A stretch of 64,000 nucleotides of DNA, taken from the NCBI GenBank assembly GCA_016179185.1, contig JACORW010000059.1, forward strand, positions 1,400-65,399, read 5' to 3'. Under the pieces are notes generated by a model, which saw only the letters and a list, made by a program, of their open reading frames with translations, was not told where the DNA came from and searched no databases. The stretch comes from Gammaproteobacteria bacterium. GTDB taxonomy: Bacteria; Pseudomonadota; Gammaproteobacteria; Eutrophobiales; Eutrophobiaceae. The position numbers were made by a program, and so were the translations under genes. Shown piece after piece: positions 18,992-28,320 of this stretch (position 1 is its first letter; each line of letters opens with the position of its first letter).

Positions 18992-20302
18992 ATGGGGATC
19001 ATTTCCCAGCGGCGCGCGGTCGCTGCATCCCTCCGGGATACGCTCGCGGTCATCATGGCGGGCGGCCGCGGACTGCGCCTCGGCCCGTTGACCGCGAATC
19101 ACAGCAAACCGGCGCTCCCGTTCGGCGGCAAGTTCCGCATCATTGACTTCACGCTGTCCAATTGTGTCAATTCCGGGCTGTACAAGATCTGCATCCTGAC
19201 GCAATACCGTGCCCATTCACTGATGCGGCACGTGGAACTGGGCTGGTCCTTCTCCCGGCACGAATTCGGCGAGTTCGTGGAGCTGCTGCCGGCCCAGGAG
19301 CGAACCGAGGCCTCGTCCTGGTACCAGGGCACCGCCGACGCCGTTTACCAGAACCTGGACATCATCCTCGGCCACCAGCCCGACTATGTCCTGATCCTCG
19401 CCGGCGACCACATCTACAAGATGGACTACGGCATGATGCTGGAAACGCACCTGGCCAGCAGGGCCGACGTGACCGTCGGCTGCGTCGAGGTCCCGGTGAA
19501 TGAAGCACACCAGTTCGGCATCATGGTTGTGGACGAGCAGAACTGCATCAAGGGTTTCCAGGAAAAACCGGATCATCCCATGCCCACTCCGGGCCGCCCC
19601 GGTATCGCGCTGGCGTCCATGGGGATCTATCTGTTTTCAACGCCGCTGCTGGACGGCGCGCTGGAGCGTGACGCCATGGTGGCGTCCTCAAGCCACGATT
19701 TCGGCCGGGACATCATCCCGTCGTTGCTGCGCAGCCACCGGCTCATTGCCTGCCCGTTCAACAATCTGCAATCCGGCGAGCAGAGTTACTGGCGCGATGT
19801 CGGTACCGTGGACGCCTATTGGGAGGCGAACCTGGAACTCATCGGCGTGACGCCGCCGTTGAATCTTTACGACCAGGACTGGCCCATTCGCACCGCGCCC
19901 AATCAATATCCTCCCGCCAAGTTCGTATTCGACGATGACGACCGGCGCGGCACGGCGGTGGATTCCATGGTCTCCGCGGGCTGCATCATCTCCGGCTCCA
20001 GCGTGAGACACTCGCTGCTGTCCGACAATGTGCGCGTGCACTCGTTCTCGCACATCGAGGATTCGGTGCTGCTGCCCGGCGCCGAAGTGGGGCGGCATTG
20101 CCGCATCGCCCGAACCATCATTGACAGCGGCTGCCGCATCCCGGAGCGAACGATCATCGGCGAGGACCTGGCGGAGGATCGCAAGCGCCTGTTTGTCACG
20201 CCACGCGGCGTCAGGCTGGTGTGCCCAGGCATGCTGCCCCTGCCGGTGGGCGATGCGACAACTGCCGGCGCACCGGCCGATCCCGCCGTCACGCGATGCT
20301 GA
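18992..20302 (+). CDS. glgC: glucose-1-phosphate adenylyltransferase
   Basis: ORF 18812..20302 trimmed to ATG 18992. VIMAGGRGLRLGPLTANHSKPALPFGGKFRIIDFTLSNCVNSG is the canonical GlgC N-terminus. Confidence 0.93.
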   Translation: MGIISQRRAVAASLRDTLAVIMAGGRGLRLGPLTANHSKPALPFGGKFRIIDFTLSNCVNSGLYKICILTQYRAHSLMRHVELGWSFSRHEFGEFVELLPAQERTEASSWYQGTADAVYQNLDIILGHQPDYVLILAGDHIYKMDYGMMLETHLASRADVTVGCVEVPVNEAHQFGIMVVDEQNCIKGFQEKPDHPMPTPGRPGIALASMGIYLFSTPLLDGALERDAMVASSSHDFGRDIIPSLLRSHRLIACPFNNLQSGEQSYWRDVGTVDAYWEANLELIGVTPPLNLYDQDWPIRTAPNQYPPAKFVFDDDDRRGTAVDSMVSAGCIISGSSVRHSLLSDNVRVHSFSHIEDSVLLPGAEVGRHCRIARTIIDSGCRIPERTIIGEDLAEDRKRLFVTPRGVRLVCPGMLPLPVGDATTAGAPADPAVTRC

Positions 20303-20391
20303 TTGATTGACGCAAAACCGGGTTTTGCATCATCCGGTTCACGCCGGCCCGGCCCGGTGGGCGCAACAGATGATCGAGCGCGCCCGGATCA

Positions 20392-20405
20392 TTGATTTGC
20401 GTCAA
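20392..20405. promoter_or_regulatory. FNR/Anr-type box (9/10) with no annotated gene downstream
   Basis: TTGATttgcGTCAA in the 535-nt gap after glgC. Confidence 0.45.
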
Positions 20406-20478
20406 GCGGCGCGGATGCCCATGGAGTAATTTTTCATCCGGGAAATTCCGCTGACACAATGAATACGGGTACTTGAGC

Positions 20479-20691
20479 ATGAGAACGAGCAACCTGTCGG
20501 CCACTCTGGCACCGGTATGCTGGATGCCGCCACGCCCGCTGCCGGCGACCTCACCGGCTCGGGTGCGTATCGAACAGAGCCAGCGCGGGGAAGAGGCCTG
20601 CTTCATGACCGAGAAACGGCTTACCTGCGGCGATTCGGCCTGTGAGCTGCGCGTGCGCTGCCGGCGACTGGTGGCTGTCTGGAAGCGCTGA
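20479..20691 (+). CDS. possible small protein (70 aa), no recognisable family
   Basis: ATG-started part of ORF 20473..20691. About three quarters of its third codon positions are G/C by my count. It lies downstream of the 20392 FNR-like box and is followed by a second 30-codon ORF (20696-20788) and a hairpin. Confidence 0.25.
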   Translation: MRTSNLSATLAPVCWMPPRPLPATSPARVRIEQSQRGEEACFMTEKRLTCGDSACELRVRCRRLVAVWKR

Positions 20692-20786
20692 ACTGATGGC
20701 AGTTCCGGCTCGACAGACCATCACGGAGCGATCGGCGGGCGGTACGACCGACATCGAGGCCACGCTCGGCGACGCAGCCGCCGCGT

Positions 20787-20824
20787 AACAGGCTGATTCA
20801 AAAGCCGGTTTTGAATCAACCTGT
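20787..20824. terminator. bidirectional hairpin
   Basis: AACAGGCTGATTCAAAAgccggTTTTGAATCAACCTGT, between the small ORFs and the stop of the convergent 574-aa gene. Related to the hairpins at 5294-5325 and 5408-5439. Confidence 0.55.
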
Positions 20825-20837
20825 CAGCGACCGTTGA

Positions 20838-22562
20838 TCATGTTGCCGTCGCGCCGGCCAGACGCGCCCGTAGCCCGCCCAGCGCCGCCGCAAACGGCGG
20901 CGCTTCGCAGCCGGTGTCCACTGTCAACGTGCTGCGCAGTTCATCCATGCCCAGCGCCTCGAAACGGCCGGACTGAAATGCGAGCACGTCCGGCGTGGCT
21001 TCTGAGGCATCTTCCCCCTGCCGCCACCGGCCCGAAAGCCGCTCCAGAAGCGTTGCCATGGGCGCGGTGCAGAACAGGATCGTGAAAGCTGTCCCGCGGC
21101 GGAACGCCAGTTCACGAAACGCCGCGCGATCGCCACCGCGCACGAAGGTGGCATCCACGATCACCGGATATCCGGCAGTCAGTATTTCATTGGCCAGCTT
21201 CAGCAGGCGCCGATACGTGCGCCGGTCCGCGGCGGCCGAATAAATCCCCGCACCAACACCGGAGCCGGTGCGTGCCAACGGCGCAAGCGCGGCGAGCCGC
21301 TTGCGCTCCACGTCGGAGCGCAAGCAAATTGCCTGCAAATGTTCCACAACGGCCAGTGCCAGGGTGGATTTGCCCGAACCCGAAAGCCCCGACGTAATCG
21401 CCAGCCATGCGGGTGCCGGTTGCGCAAGCCGTTCCGCGAGAGTGAGGTATTCCCGAAACCGCTCCGTGGCCGACGCCTGCCCGGCGGCCGGCACGCCCGA
21501 TTGCCGCCTGCGCAGGCACGCGACCTTGGCCCGCACCATCGCCCGATAGGCCGCATAAAACCGCAACAGCACCAGACCCTCGTAGTCGCCGGTCAACTCC
21601 AGCCAGGTGTTCAGAAACCGGTACGCCAGCGGCGGTTGGCCGTAATCAACCAGATCCATGAACAGGAACGCGACGTCACTGATGACGTCTATCCAGCGCA
21701 ACCCGGCATTGAACTCGATGGCGTCGAAGATCACCGGTTCACCATCAATCAGTGCCACATTACCAAGGTGCAGGTCGCCATGGCACTCGCGCACCCGCCC
21801 GGAACGGCGGCGCTGCGCGATGGGTTCCGCCAGCCGCCGGTATTCCGCATCGGTCCAGTGCGCCAGTGCCGCCAGGCGCGCGCGTTCCGGTTCGACCCCT
21901 TCCAGTGCCGCGATCTGGGCGAAATTTTCCCGTGCGGACGCCAGTACCAGCGCACCGGTGCCGAACCGGGAATCCGGATCGGCGCGCGGCGCCTGCCCGT
22001 GCAGCCGGGCCAGCGAATGGGCCACAGACTCGACGTGGGCGGCGGTCAGCTCGCCGCGTTCCGCCGCCAGGTCGCACAGCGCGTCCCGGCGGAACGCCCG
22101 CATCCGCACCGCATATTCGATGGGTTCGCCCGGCCCGCCGAGTGCCGGCTGATCCGGCGTGCCGGTGACGGCCACCACGTCCAGGTAGAGCGCCGGTGCC
22201 GTGCGCGCATTGAGCCGCAACTCCTCGTCGCAGAACTGGCGCCGCGCGGCAAGCGTCGTGAAGTCCAGAAAGCCGAAATTGACCGGCTTCTTGATCTTGT
22301 AGGCGAATTCGCCGGCGAGCAGCACGTAAGAGATGTGTGTTTCGATCAGTTCGACGTTCGCCGCGGCATGCGGATAGCAGGCCGGATCGCGCAGCGCCAG
22401 CACCAGGCGCCGGGTCGCGCGCTCCGCGCTTCCGTCTGCCGCCGACCCGAAGACCCCCGCTATCGTGGCGCCCCGGCCACGAACGCCGACGTCCGCCCCA
22501 TAGTGAGCCTGTTCCCCGCGCGGTTCCTGCGGCGCGTGGATTTCACCAATTGACCTGATCAT
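20838..22562 (-). CDS. bifunctional phosphotransferase-family (APH-like) / P-loop ATPase protein
   Basis: 574 aa. N-terminal IETHISYVLLAGEFAYKIKKPVNFGFLDF and HGDLHLGNV kinase-like motifs. C-terminal Walker [12 protein letters not shown]. The true start may be internal. Confidence 0.85.
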   Translation of the reverse strand: MIRSIGEIHAPQEPRGEQAHYGADVGVRGRGATIAGVFGSAADGSAERATRRLVLALRDPACYPHAAANVELIETHISYVLLAGEFAYKIKKPVNFGFLDFTTLAARRQFCDEELRLNARTAPALYLDVVAVTGTPDQPALGGPGEPIEYAVRMRAFRRDALCDLAAERGELTAAHVESVAHSLARLHGQAPRADPDSRFGTGALVLASARENFAQIAALEGVEPERARLAALAHWTDAEYRRLAEPIAQRRRSGRVRECHGDLHLGNVALIDGEPVIFDAIEFNAGLRWIDVISDVAFLFMDLVDYGQPPLAYRFLNTWLELTGDYEGLVLLRFYAAYRAMVRAKVACLRRRQSGVPAAGQASATERFREYLTLAERLAQPAPAWLAITSGLSGSGKSTLALAVVEHLQAICLRSDVERKRLAALAPLARTGSGVGAGIYSAAADRRTYRRLLKLANEILTAGYPVIVDATFVRGGDRAAFRELAFRRGTAFTILFCTAPMATLLERLSGRWRQGEDASEATPDVLAFQSGRFEALGMDELRSTLTVDTGCEAPPFAAALGGLRARLAGATAT

Positions 22563-22648
22563 GTGGCCAGCCTAGTACCCGGCCACCGGAGCATGTTGAT
22601 CTGGCGCAATTGCGCCTTTCTCCAGGGCGCGCGGGCGCGTACGCCTGT

Positions 22649-22662
22649 TTGATGGAGATCAA
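22649..22662. promoter_or_regulatory. FNR/Anr-type box (perfect) in a divergent spacer
   Basis: TTGATggagATCAA. The centre is ~113 nt from the HIG1-like ATG and ~93 nt from the start of the 574-aa gene. Confidence 0.6.
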
Positions 22663-22768
22663 TGAATGCTGCCGCCTGCGCGCTTAGTGTTTCATCTGGC
22701 GGATGCACTATCCGGTTCCGCATCAGGCCAATTCCAAGACCGGGTTCATCCCCGGCAGGAGGCTGCAC

Positions 22769-22963
22769 ATGGCACTGCTCACGCTCCTCATCTCGATCGG
22801 TGTGGTTACCACGGCTCTGGCTCTGGTGCTGGGCGTCGCATCGATGGCGCACGGCGGCGAATATGACGACAAACATTCCGTGCAACTGATGTTCGCCCGC
22901 GTGGCGAGTCAGGGGGTCACCATCGTCCTGCTGCTGCTCGCGCTGTACATCGCCGCTACCTGA
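22769..22963 (+). CDS. twin-TM small protein, HIG1 (hypoxia-induced protein) domain-like
   Basis: ORF 22703..22963 trimmed to ATG 22769 after GGAGG. Two hydrophobic helices flank ...QLMFARVASQG.... Confidence 0.65.
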   Translation: MALLTLLISIGVVTTALALVLGVASMAHGGEYDDKHSVQLMFARVASQGVTIVLLLLALYIAAT

Positions 22964-23089
22964 GACGACTGCACAGCCAATCGGAGGTTGGGCGCAGCCT
23001 GGTCCGCGCCTCGTCCACGCTGAGCCGGTCGATCTACGTGGGCAATGGCGCGGAATTACCGGCGGCAAACCGCGGTTCACGATCTCGCG

Positions 23090-25948
23090 CTAGGCGACCC
23101 GCTTGCTTTCCGGAACGACCCTGGCACGTTGCAACACCGGGGCCAGAAACCGGCCGGTGTGACTGCCCGATGCCGTCGCGATCTGCTCCGGCGTCCCGGT
23201 GGCCACCACCTCGCCGCCGCGATCCCCGCCCTCGGGGCCAAGATCGATGATCCAGTCCGCGGTCTTGATGACGTCCAGATTATGCTCGATGACCACAACG
23301 GTGTTGCCGTGGTCCCGCAACCGGTGCAGCACGTGCAGCAACTGGCGGATGTCGTGAAAGTGCAGTCCGGTGGTGGGCTCATCGAGAATATAAAGTGTGT
23401 TGCCGGTATCGCGCTTCGACAATTCCCGCGACAATTTAACGCGCTGCGCCTCGCCGCCTGACAGCGTCGTGGCGTTCTGTCCCAGGCGGATGTAGGACAG
23501 GCCCACGTCCACCAGTGTCTGCAGCTTGCGCGCGATCACCGGCACCGGATCGAAAAACGCCCGCGCCTCCTCCACCGTCATCTCCAGCGCCTCGTATATG
23601 CTTCTGCCCTTGTACAGCACTTCCAGCGTTTCGCGGTTGTAGCGCCTGCCCTTGCACACGTCGCAGGTGACGTAGATGTCCGGCAAAAAATGCATCTCCA
23701 CCTTGATGACACCGTCGCCCTCGCACGCCTCGCAACGCCCGCCCTTGACGTTGAAGCTGAACCTTCCCGGCTGATAGCCGCGCGAACGCGCCTCCGGCGT
23801 CGCGGCGTAGAGATCGCGCATCGGCGTGAACAGGCCGGTGTAGGTCGCCGGATTGGATCGGGGCGTGCGGCCGATGGGGCTCTGATCGATGTCCACGACC
23901 TTGTCGAACAGGTCCAGCCCCTCGATGTCTTCGTACGGCGCCGGATTCACATTGCTGCCGTTCAACTGCCGCGCCGCGATGGCGAATAAAGTGTCATTGA
24001 CCAGCGTGGACTTGCCGGAACCGGACACCCCGGTCACGCACACCATCAAACCGGCGGGTATCTCCAGCGTGACGCGCTTGAGATTATTGCCGCGCGCGCC
24101 GGTCAGGCGCAGCACCCGAACCAGGTTGACGGGGGCGCGCTGCGCGGGCAGTTCGATGCTGAGCCGGCGCGAGAGATACTTTCCGGTCAGGGACTCCGGG
24201 TGCGCCGCGATCTCCGCCGGCGTGCCCTGCACCACGACGCAGCCACCGTGCACACCGGCCCCGGGCCCCAGGTCCACCACGTGATCCGCGGCGTTGATGG
24301 CCTCCTCGTCGTGCTCGACGACGATGACCGTGTTGCCGAGGTCGCGCAACTGCTTCAGTGTCGCCAGCAGGCGGGCGTTGTCGCGCTGGTGCAGGCCGAT
24401 GGAGGGCTCGTCCAGCACGTACATCACACCCACAAGGCCGGCGCCGATCTGGCTCGCAAGGCGGATACGTTGCGCCTCGCCGCCCGACAGCGTCTCGGCG
24501 CTGCGGTCCAGCGTCAGGTACTCGAGTCCCACATTAATAAGGAATCGGAGCCGCTCGCCGACCTCCTTCAGTATCCTGGCGGCGATGGCGCCGCGCTGCC
24601 CGCCGATTTCCAGCGCGGCGAAAAATTCCCGGGCCTGCTGCACGGTCATCGCGGTGACCCGCGGCAGCGTCGTGTCATTGATATAGACGTGGCGCGCAGC
24701 CAGGTTGAGCCGGGTGCCTTCGCAGTTCGGGCAGTGGCGAGTGCTCTGGTACTTGGCCAGCTCCTCGCGCAACAGGATGGAATCGGTCTCCCGGTAGCGC
24801 CGCGCCATGTTCGGGATGATGCCCTCAAAGGCGTGCCGGCGCCGGACGCTGCCGCGACGCTCCTGCAAATATTCGAATTCGATCTCTTCGTCGCCGCTGC
24901 CATCCAGGATGATGTCCTGCACCCTGTGCGACAGCTTGTTGAACGGCGTATCAACGTCGAACTTGAAGTGGCGGGCCAGCGAACGGATCAGGTTGAAATA
25001 ATAGGCGTTGCGCCGGTCCCAGCCGCGCACCGCGCCGCCCGGCAGGCTCAATTCCGGATGTTGCACGATGCGCGCCGGATCGAAGAACTGGATCACGCCC
25101 AGCCCGTCACAGGCCTGGCACGCGCCCGCGGGGTTGTTGAACGAAAACAGGCGCGGCTCCAGTTCGCTCAGGCTGTAACCGCAATGGGGGCAGGCAAAGC
25201 GCGAGGAAAACACGATTTCAGCGCCTTCCCCGCCGTCCATCGGTGCGACGATCGCCAGACCTTCCGACAGCCGGAGCGCGGTTTCCAGCGATTCACTGAG
25301 GCGCAGGGCGATGTCCGCGCGTACCTTGAACCGGTCCACGACTGCCTCGATGGTGTGCTTGCGGCGCAGACCGAGCTCGGGCACTTCGTCCAACTCCATC
25401 AGCCGCCCGTTGACCCGCACGCGGATGAAACCCTGGGCGCGCAGCCGATCCAGAAGATCCAGGTGCTCGCCCTTGCGCCCCTGCACTACCGGCGCCAGCA
25501 GCATCAGCTTCTCGTCCACCGGCCGCGCCAGGATCTGATCCACCATCTGGCTCACGGTCTGGGCCGCCAGGGTTGCGCCGTGCTCCGGACAGCGCGGACT
25601 GCCGACGCGCGCATACAACAGCCGCAGGTAGTCGTAAATCTCCGTGATCGTGCCGACCGTGGAGCGCGGGTTGTGGGACGTGGATTTCTGCTCGATGGAG
25701 ATGGCCGGCGACAACCCCTCGATGTGGTCCACGTCCGGCTTCTCCATCATGGACAGGAACTGGCGCGCGTAGGCGGACAGCGACTCCACGTAGCGGCGCT
25801 GGCCGTCGGCGTAAATGGTGTCGAAAGCCAGCGACGACTTGCCCGAGCCGGAGATCCCGGTCATGACGATAAGCTTGTCCCGCGGAATATCGAGATCGAT
25901 ATTCCTGAGATTGTGGGTGCGCGCACCGCGGATTTTGATGCTGTCCAC
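23090..25948 (-). CDS. uvrA: excinuclease ABC subunit A
   Basis: ORF 23090..26074 trimmed to in-frame GTG 25948, giving (M)[52 protein letters not shown], the canonical UvrA start. The extension upstream is made of hairpin repeats. Confidence 0.95.
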   Translation of the reverse strand: MDSIKIRGARTHNLRNIDLDIPRDKLIVMTGISGSGKSSLAFDTIYADGQRRYVESLSAYARQFLSMMEKPDVDHIEGLSPAISIEQKSTSHNPRSTVGTITEIYDYLRLLYARVGSPRCPEHGATLAAQTVSQMVDQILARPVDEKLMLLAPVVQGRKGEHLDLLDRLRAQGFIRVRVNGRLMELDEVPELGLRRKHTIEAVVDRFKVRADIALRLSESLETALRLSEGLAIVAPMDGGEGAEIVFSSRFACPHCGYSLSELEPRLFSFNNPAGACQACDGLGVIQFFDPARIVQHPELSLPGGAVRGWDRRNAYYFNLIRSLARHFKFDVDTPFNKLSHRVQDIILDGSGDEEIEFEYLQERRGSVRRRHAFEGIIPNMARRYRETDSILLREELAKYQSTRHCPNCEGTRLNLAARHVYINDTTLPRVTAMTVQQAREFFAALEIGGQRGAIAARILKEVGERLRFLINVGLEYLTLDRSAETLSGGEAQRIRLASQIGAGLVGVMYVLDEPSIGLHQRDNARLLATLKQLRDLGNTVIVVEHDEEAINAADHVVDLGPGAGVHGGCVVVQGTPAEIAAHPESLTGKYLSRRLSIELPAQRAPVNLVRVLRLTGARGNNLKRVTLEIPAGLMVCVTGVSGSGKSTLVNDTLFAIAARQLNGSNVNPAPYEDIEGLDLFDKVVDIDQSPIGRTPRSNPATYTGLFTPMRDLYAATPEARSRGYQPGRFSFNVKGGRCEACEGDGVIKVEMHFLPDIYVTCDVCKGRRYNRETLEVLYKGRSIYEALEMTVEEARAFFDPVPVIARKLQTLVDVGLSYIRLGQNATTLSGGEAQRVKLSRELSKRDTGNTLYILDEPTTGLHFHDIRQLLHVLHRLRDHGNTVVVIEHNLDVIKTADWIIDLGPEGGDRGGEVVATGTPEQIATASGSHTGRFLAPVLQRARVVPESKRVA

Positions 25949-25971
25949 TTTGATTCCCGTGTCGCTAGTGA

Positions 25972-26120
25972 GGGAATTTCTGAATGGATTCAGAAATTCC
26001 CGCCGCACATGGATGTGCGGCCATTTTCCAAGAGCGTAAGCGACTGGAAAATGTGAGGAAAACGAAAATCGCACTTTTCGTTTTCCGTCTCTGACAAGCC
26101 CAGGATGGGCTTGTTCAGAG
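25972..26120. repeat. cluster of four adjacent hairpins upstream of uvrA
   Basis: GGGAATTTCTGAATggATTCAGAAATTCCC (25972-26001), GCCGCACATggATGTGCGGC (26002-26021), GGAAAACGAAAAtcgcacTTTTCGTTTTCC (26057-26086, heptamer family B) and E2 CTCTGACAAGCCCAGGATGGGCTTGTTCAGAG (26089-26120). Confidence 0.75.
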
Positions 26121-26263
26121 CTTACTCAAACGTGAACTGGTAATATTAGCAAATCGCGGCGTCACGAAGCGCTCCAGGACAACGCGAGAGGAGCGGGGGC
26201 AAATCCCGCATTCATGGAAGACCGGCGGTCACCCGGACCGCCCCGCATAAAGGAGAAATCGTC

Positions 26264-26740
26264 ATGGCAAGAGGCGTCAACAAAGTCATATTGATCGGCA
26301 ACCTGGGCAATGATCCTGAAGTCCGTTATACGGCGGGCGGATCCGCGGTCGCCAATGTCAGCCTGGCCACCACCGAGTCGTGGCGTGACAAGGAATCCGG
26401 CGAGCAGCAGGAAAAGACCGAATGGCACCGCATCGTGTTCTTCGGGCGGCTGGCCGAGATCGTGGCCGAATATCTGAAAAAAGGCTCGCAGATCTACGTC
26501 GAGGGCCGCCTGCAGACGCGCAAATGGCAGGACAAGGAAGGCAATGACAAGTACACCACGGAGATAGTCGCCAACGAGATGCAGATGCTGGGCAGCCGCG
26601 GCGGCGGGAGTGGAGCAGCCGCTTCCACGGAAGGCGGCGGCAGAGCGGCATCCGCGCCGGCTGCCGCTGAATCCCGCGGCAAGGACAAGGGCAAATCCAA
26701 GTCCGACGACGAGTTCGTGGACGACGACATACCTTTCTGA
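26264..26740 (+). CDS. ssb: single-stranded DNA-binding protein
   Basis: 158 aa. [24 protein letters not shown]-fold start, Gly-rich linker and acidic tail DDDIPF. Divergent from uvrA. Confidence 0.95.
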   Translation: MARGVNKVILIGNLGNDPEVRYTAGGSAVANVSLATTESWRDKESGEQQEKTEWHRIVFFGRLAEIVAEYLKKGSQIYVEGRLQTRKWQDKEGNDKYTTEIVANEMQMLGSRGGGSGAAASTEGGGRAASAPAAAESRGKDKGKSKSDDEFVDDDIPF

Positions 26741-26756
26741 TGTCGGACGGGTAAAC

Positions 26757-26790
26757 CCGGCCCCACAGGTCAATACGCTTGTGGGGCCGG
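26757..26790 (+). terminator. hairpin after ssb
   Basis: CCGGCCCCACaggtcaatacgcttGTGGGGCCGG followed by ATTTGTAT. Shares the 19-mer GGGTAAACCCGGCCCCACA with 36693-36711. Confidence 0.55.
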
Positions 26791-26807
26791 ATTTGTATCG
26801 GTCAAGA

Positions 26808-26902
26808 GCCGAAAGCGGAAAGTGCAAAGTAAAAAGCAGTCAAAACATCTGCAGATAAACTGCAGGAATGCATCGCCCTTTTCTACTTTTCACTTTTATC
26901 TC
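26808..26902. repeat. heptamer-armed hairpin (copy B3)
   Basis: Left arm GCCGAAA GCGGAAA GTGCAAA GTAAAAA. Right arm CCTTTTC TACTTTT CACTTTT ATCTC. The loop has CTGCAGataaaCTGCAG. Abuts the stop of the MFS gene. Confidence 0.65.
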
Positions 26903-28220
26903 ATCGTGCAGCTCCCACCCAGCTCTTCACCAACACCACACTTCGTTGCAATACCTCGGGCAGCAGCACGCACAGCGAGAGCAGCACGAGGGCGGTGGCC
27001 ACGGCCGCCAGCAGAAAGATCCGCTGCGGCCCGAGACCCGTCTGCACCAGAGCGATGACGATTGCCGCGGAAGCCACCATGAACAGCGCGTTCAGGATGT
27101 TGTTCGCGGCGATGATCCGTGACCGCCGCGCGGCGTTGCAGCGGTGCTGCACCAGCGCATAGAGCGGTACCACGTAGATCCCGCCGAAGAATCCGATCAG
27201 CGTCAGGTCCAGCAGCACGTGCCAGTACACGGCATGACGCACGAACTCCGCCGCCGCGATCGGACCGGCGCTGGCGGACAGATCGATGAAACTCAGGTCC
27301 GCCGCACACAGCGCCATGCCGAGCGCGCCAATGGGCGCCAGTCCAGGTTCAACGCCGCCCCGGCTCAGGCGCTCGCACAGCAGCGACCCCACTCCGATCC
27401 CGACGGAAAACGCGGTCAGCAACAGCGTTGCCACCTGTTCGTTGCCGGACAACACCGTGCGCGTGAAGTCCGGCACCAGCGACAGAAAAGTCGCGCCCAG
27501 GAACCAGAACCACGAGATGGCCAGGATGGACTGAAGGATTACGCGGGATTCCGCGGCGAAGCCGATGACGCGCCAGGTCTGGCGCAGCAGATTCGCATCG
27601 AGTTGCAGTTGCGGCTCGCCGGGTGCAGCCTCCGGAATGTACTCGCTCGCCAGCCGGCCGACCAACGCGATCAGGACCACGGTCACGCCGGCGATCTGCG
27701 GACCTGCGCCGGGAATCGCCACAACCAGTCCGCCGAACATGGTACCCGCGAGGATGGCCAGGTAAGTCGCCATCTGTACCATGCCGTTGCCGCCGGTCAG
27801 TTCCGCGACGGAGAGATGCTGGGGAAGGATGCCGTACTTGATCGGGCCGAAGAACGCCGACTGCGACCCCATCAGGAACAGCGTGAACATCAGCAGGTAC
27901 ACGCTCCCGATCACGAAGCCCGCCGCGCCGAGCAACATGATCAGCACCTCGGCAAGTTTCAGCAGGCGGATCAGGCGTGATTTCTCGAACTTGTCCGCGA
28001 TCTGCCCCGCAAGCGCGGAGAACAGGAAGAACGGCAGGATGAAGATGCCGCCGGCCAGGATGACCAGCAGGCTCGCGCTCATACCGGCGGCGTCCGCGAG
28101 CGTGAACGCGATGAAGATGACCAGCGCGTTCTTGAATACGTTATCGTTGAAGGCGCCCAGAAATTGGGTCAGAAACAACGGCAGAAAGCGCCGGCTGCGC
28201 AGCAAATCAGCCTGGCTCAT
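26901..28220 (-). CDS. MFS transporter, lysophospholipid transporter (LplT)-like
   Basis: 439 aa. LRSRRFLPLFLTQFLGAFNDNVFKNAL and ALAGQIADKFEKSRLI resemble LplT / Aas N-terminal transporter domains. Confidence 0.8.
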   Translation of the reverse strand: MSQADLLRSRRFLPLFLTQFLGAFNDNVFKNALVIFIAFTLADAAGMSASLLVILAGGIFILPFFLFSALAGQIADKFEKSRLIRLLKLAEVLIMLLGAAGFVIGSVYLLMFTLFLMGSQSAFFGPIKYGILPQHLSVAELTGGNGMVQMATYLAILAGTMFGGLVVAIPGAGPQIAGVTVVLIALVGRLASEYIPEAAPGEPQLQLDANLLRQTWRVIGFAAESRVILQSILAISWFWFLGATFLSLVPDFTRTVLSGNEQVATLLLTAFSVGIGVGSLLCERLSRGGVEPGLAPIGALGMALCAADLSFIDLSASAGPIAAAEFVRHAVYWHVLLDLTLIGFFGGIYVVPLYALVQHRCNAARRSRIIAANNILNALFMVASAAIVIALVQTGLGPQRIFLLAAVATALVLLSLCVLLPEVLQRSVVLVKSWVGAAR

Positions 28221-28320
28221 GGACTTGTCCCGATGATGATGTCATATTGATTTGCGCCGCGCTTCGCGGTGCGACTTCCCTGCTGCCATGTCCATTGTGA
28301 CACAGGTTGATCTGCTGAAG

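Noticed and set aside
20289-20606. ORF 20289..20606 (105 aa, minus strand) in the gap after glgC.
   Set aside because: No family resemblance or ribosome-binding site, and it overlaps the glgC stop. The plus-strand small ORFs downstream of the FNR-like box are a more coherent, though still weak, reading of this region.
25949-26074. N-terminal extensions offered by the ORF track: uvrA 25949-26074, yyaL-like 1005-1094, glgC 18812-18991, hsp20 18582-18899, DegP-like 46517-46720, CapA-like 52426-52611, rplM 48072-48122 and coq7 48004-48102.
   Set aside because: The extensions are translated repeat, hairpin or promoter sequence. Conserved family N-termini begin at internal starts that have Shine-Dalgarno-like sequences.
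26137-26152. Possible LexA box CTGGTAATATTAGCAA in the uvrA-ssb spacer.
   Set aside because: It matches CTGT-N8-ACAG at only part of each half-site (CTGg / gCAa) and does not fit the other LexA motifs I know. It is too weak to call without knowing the clade-specific motif.
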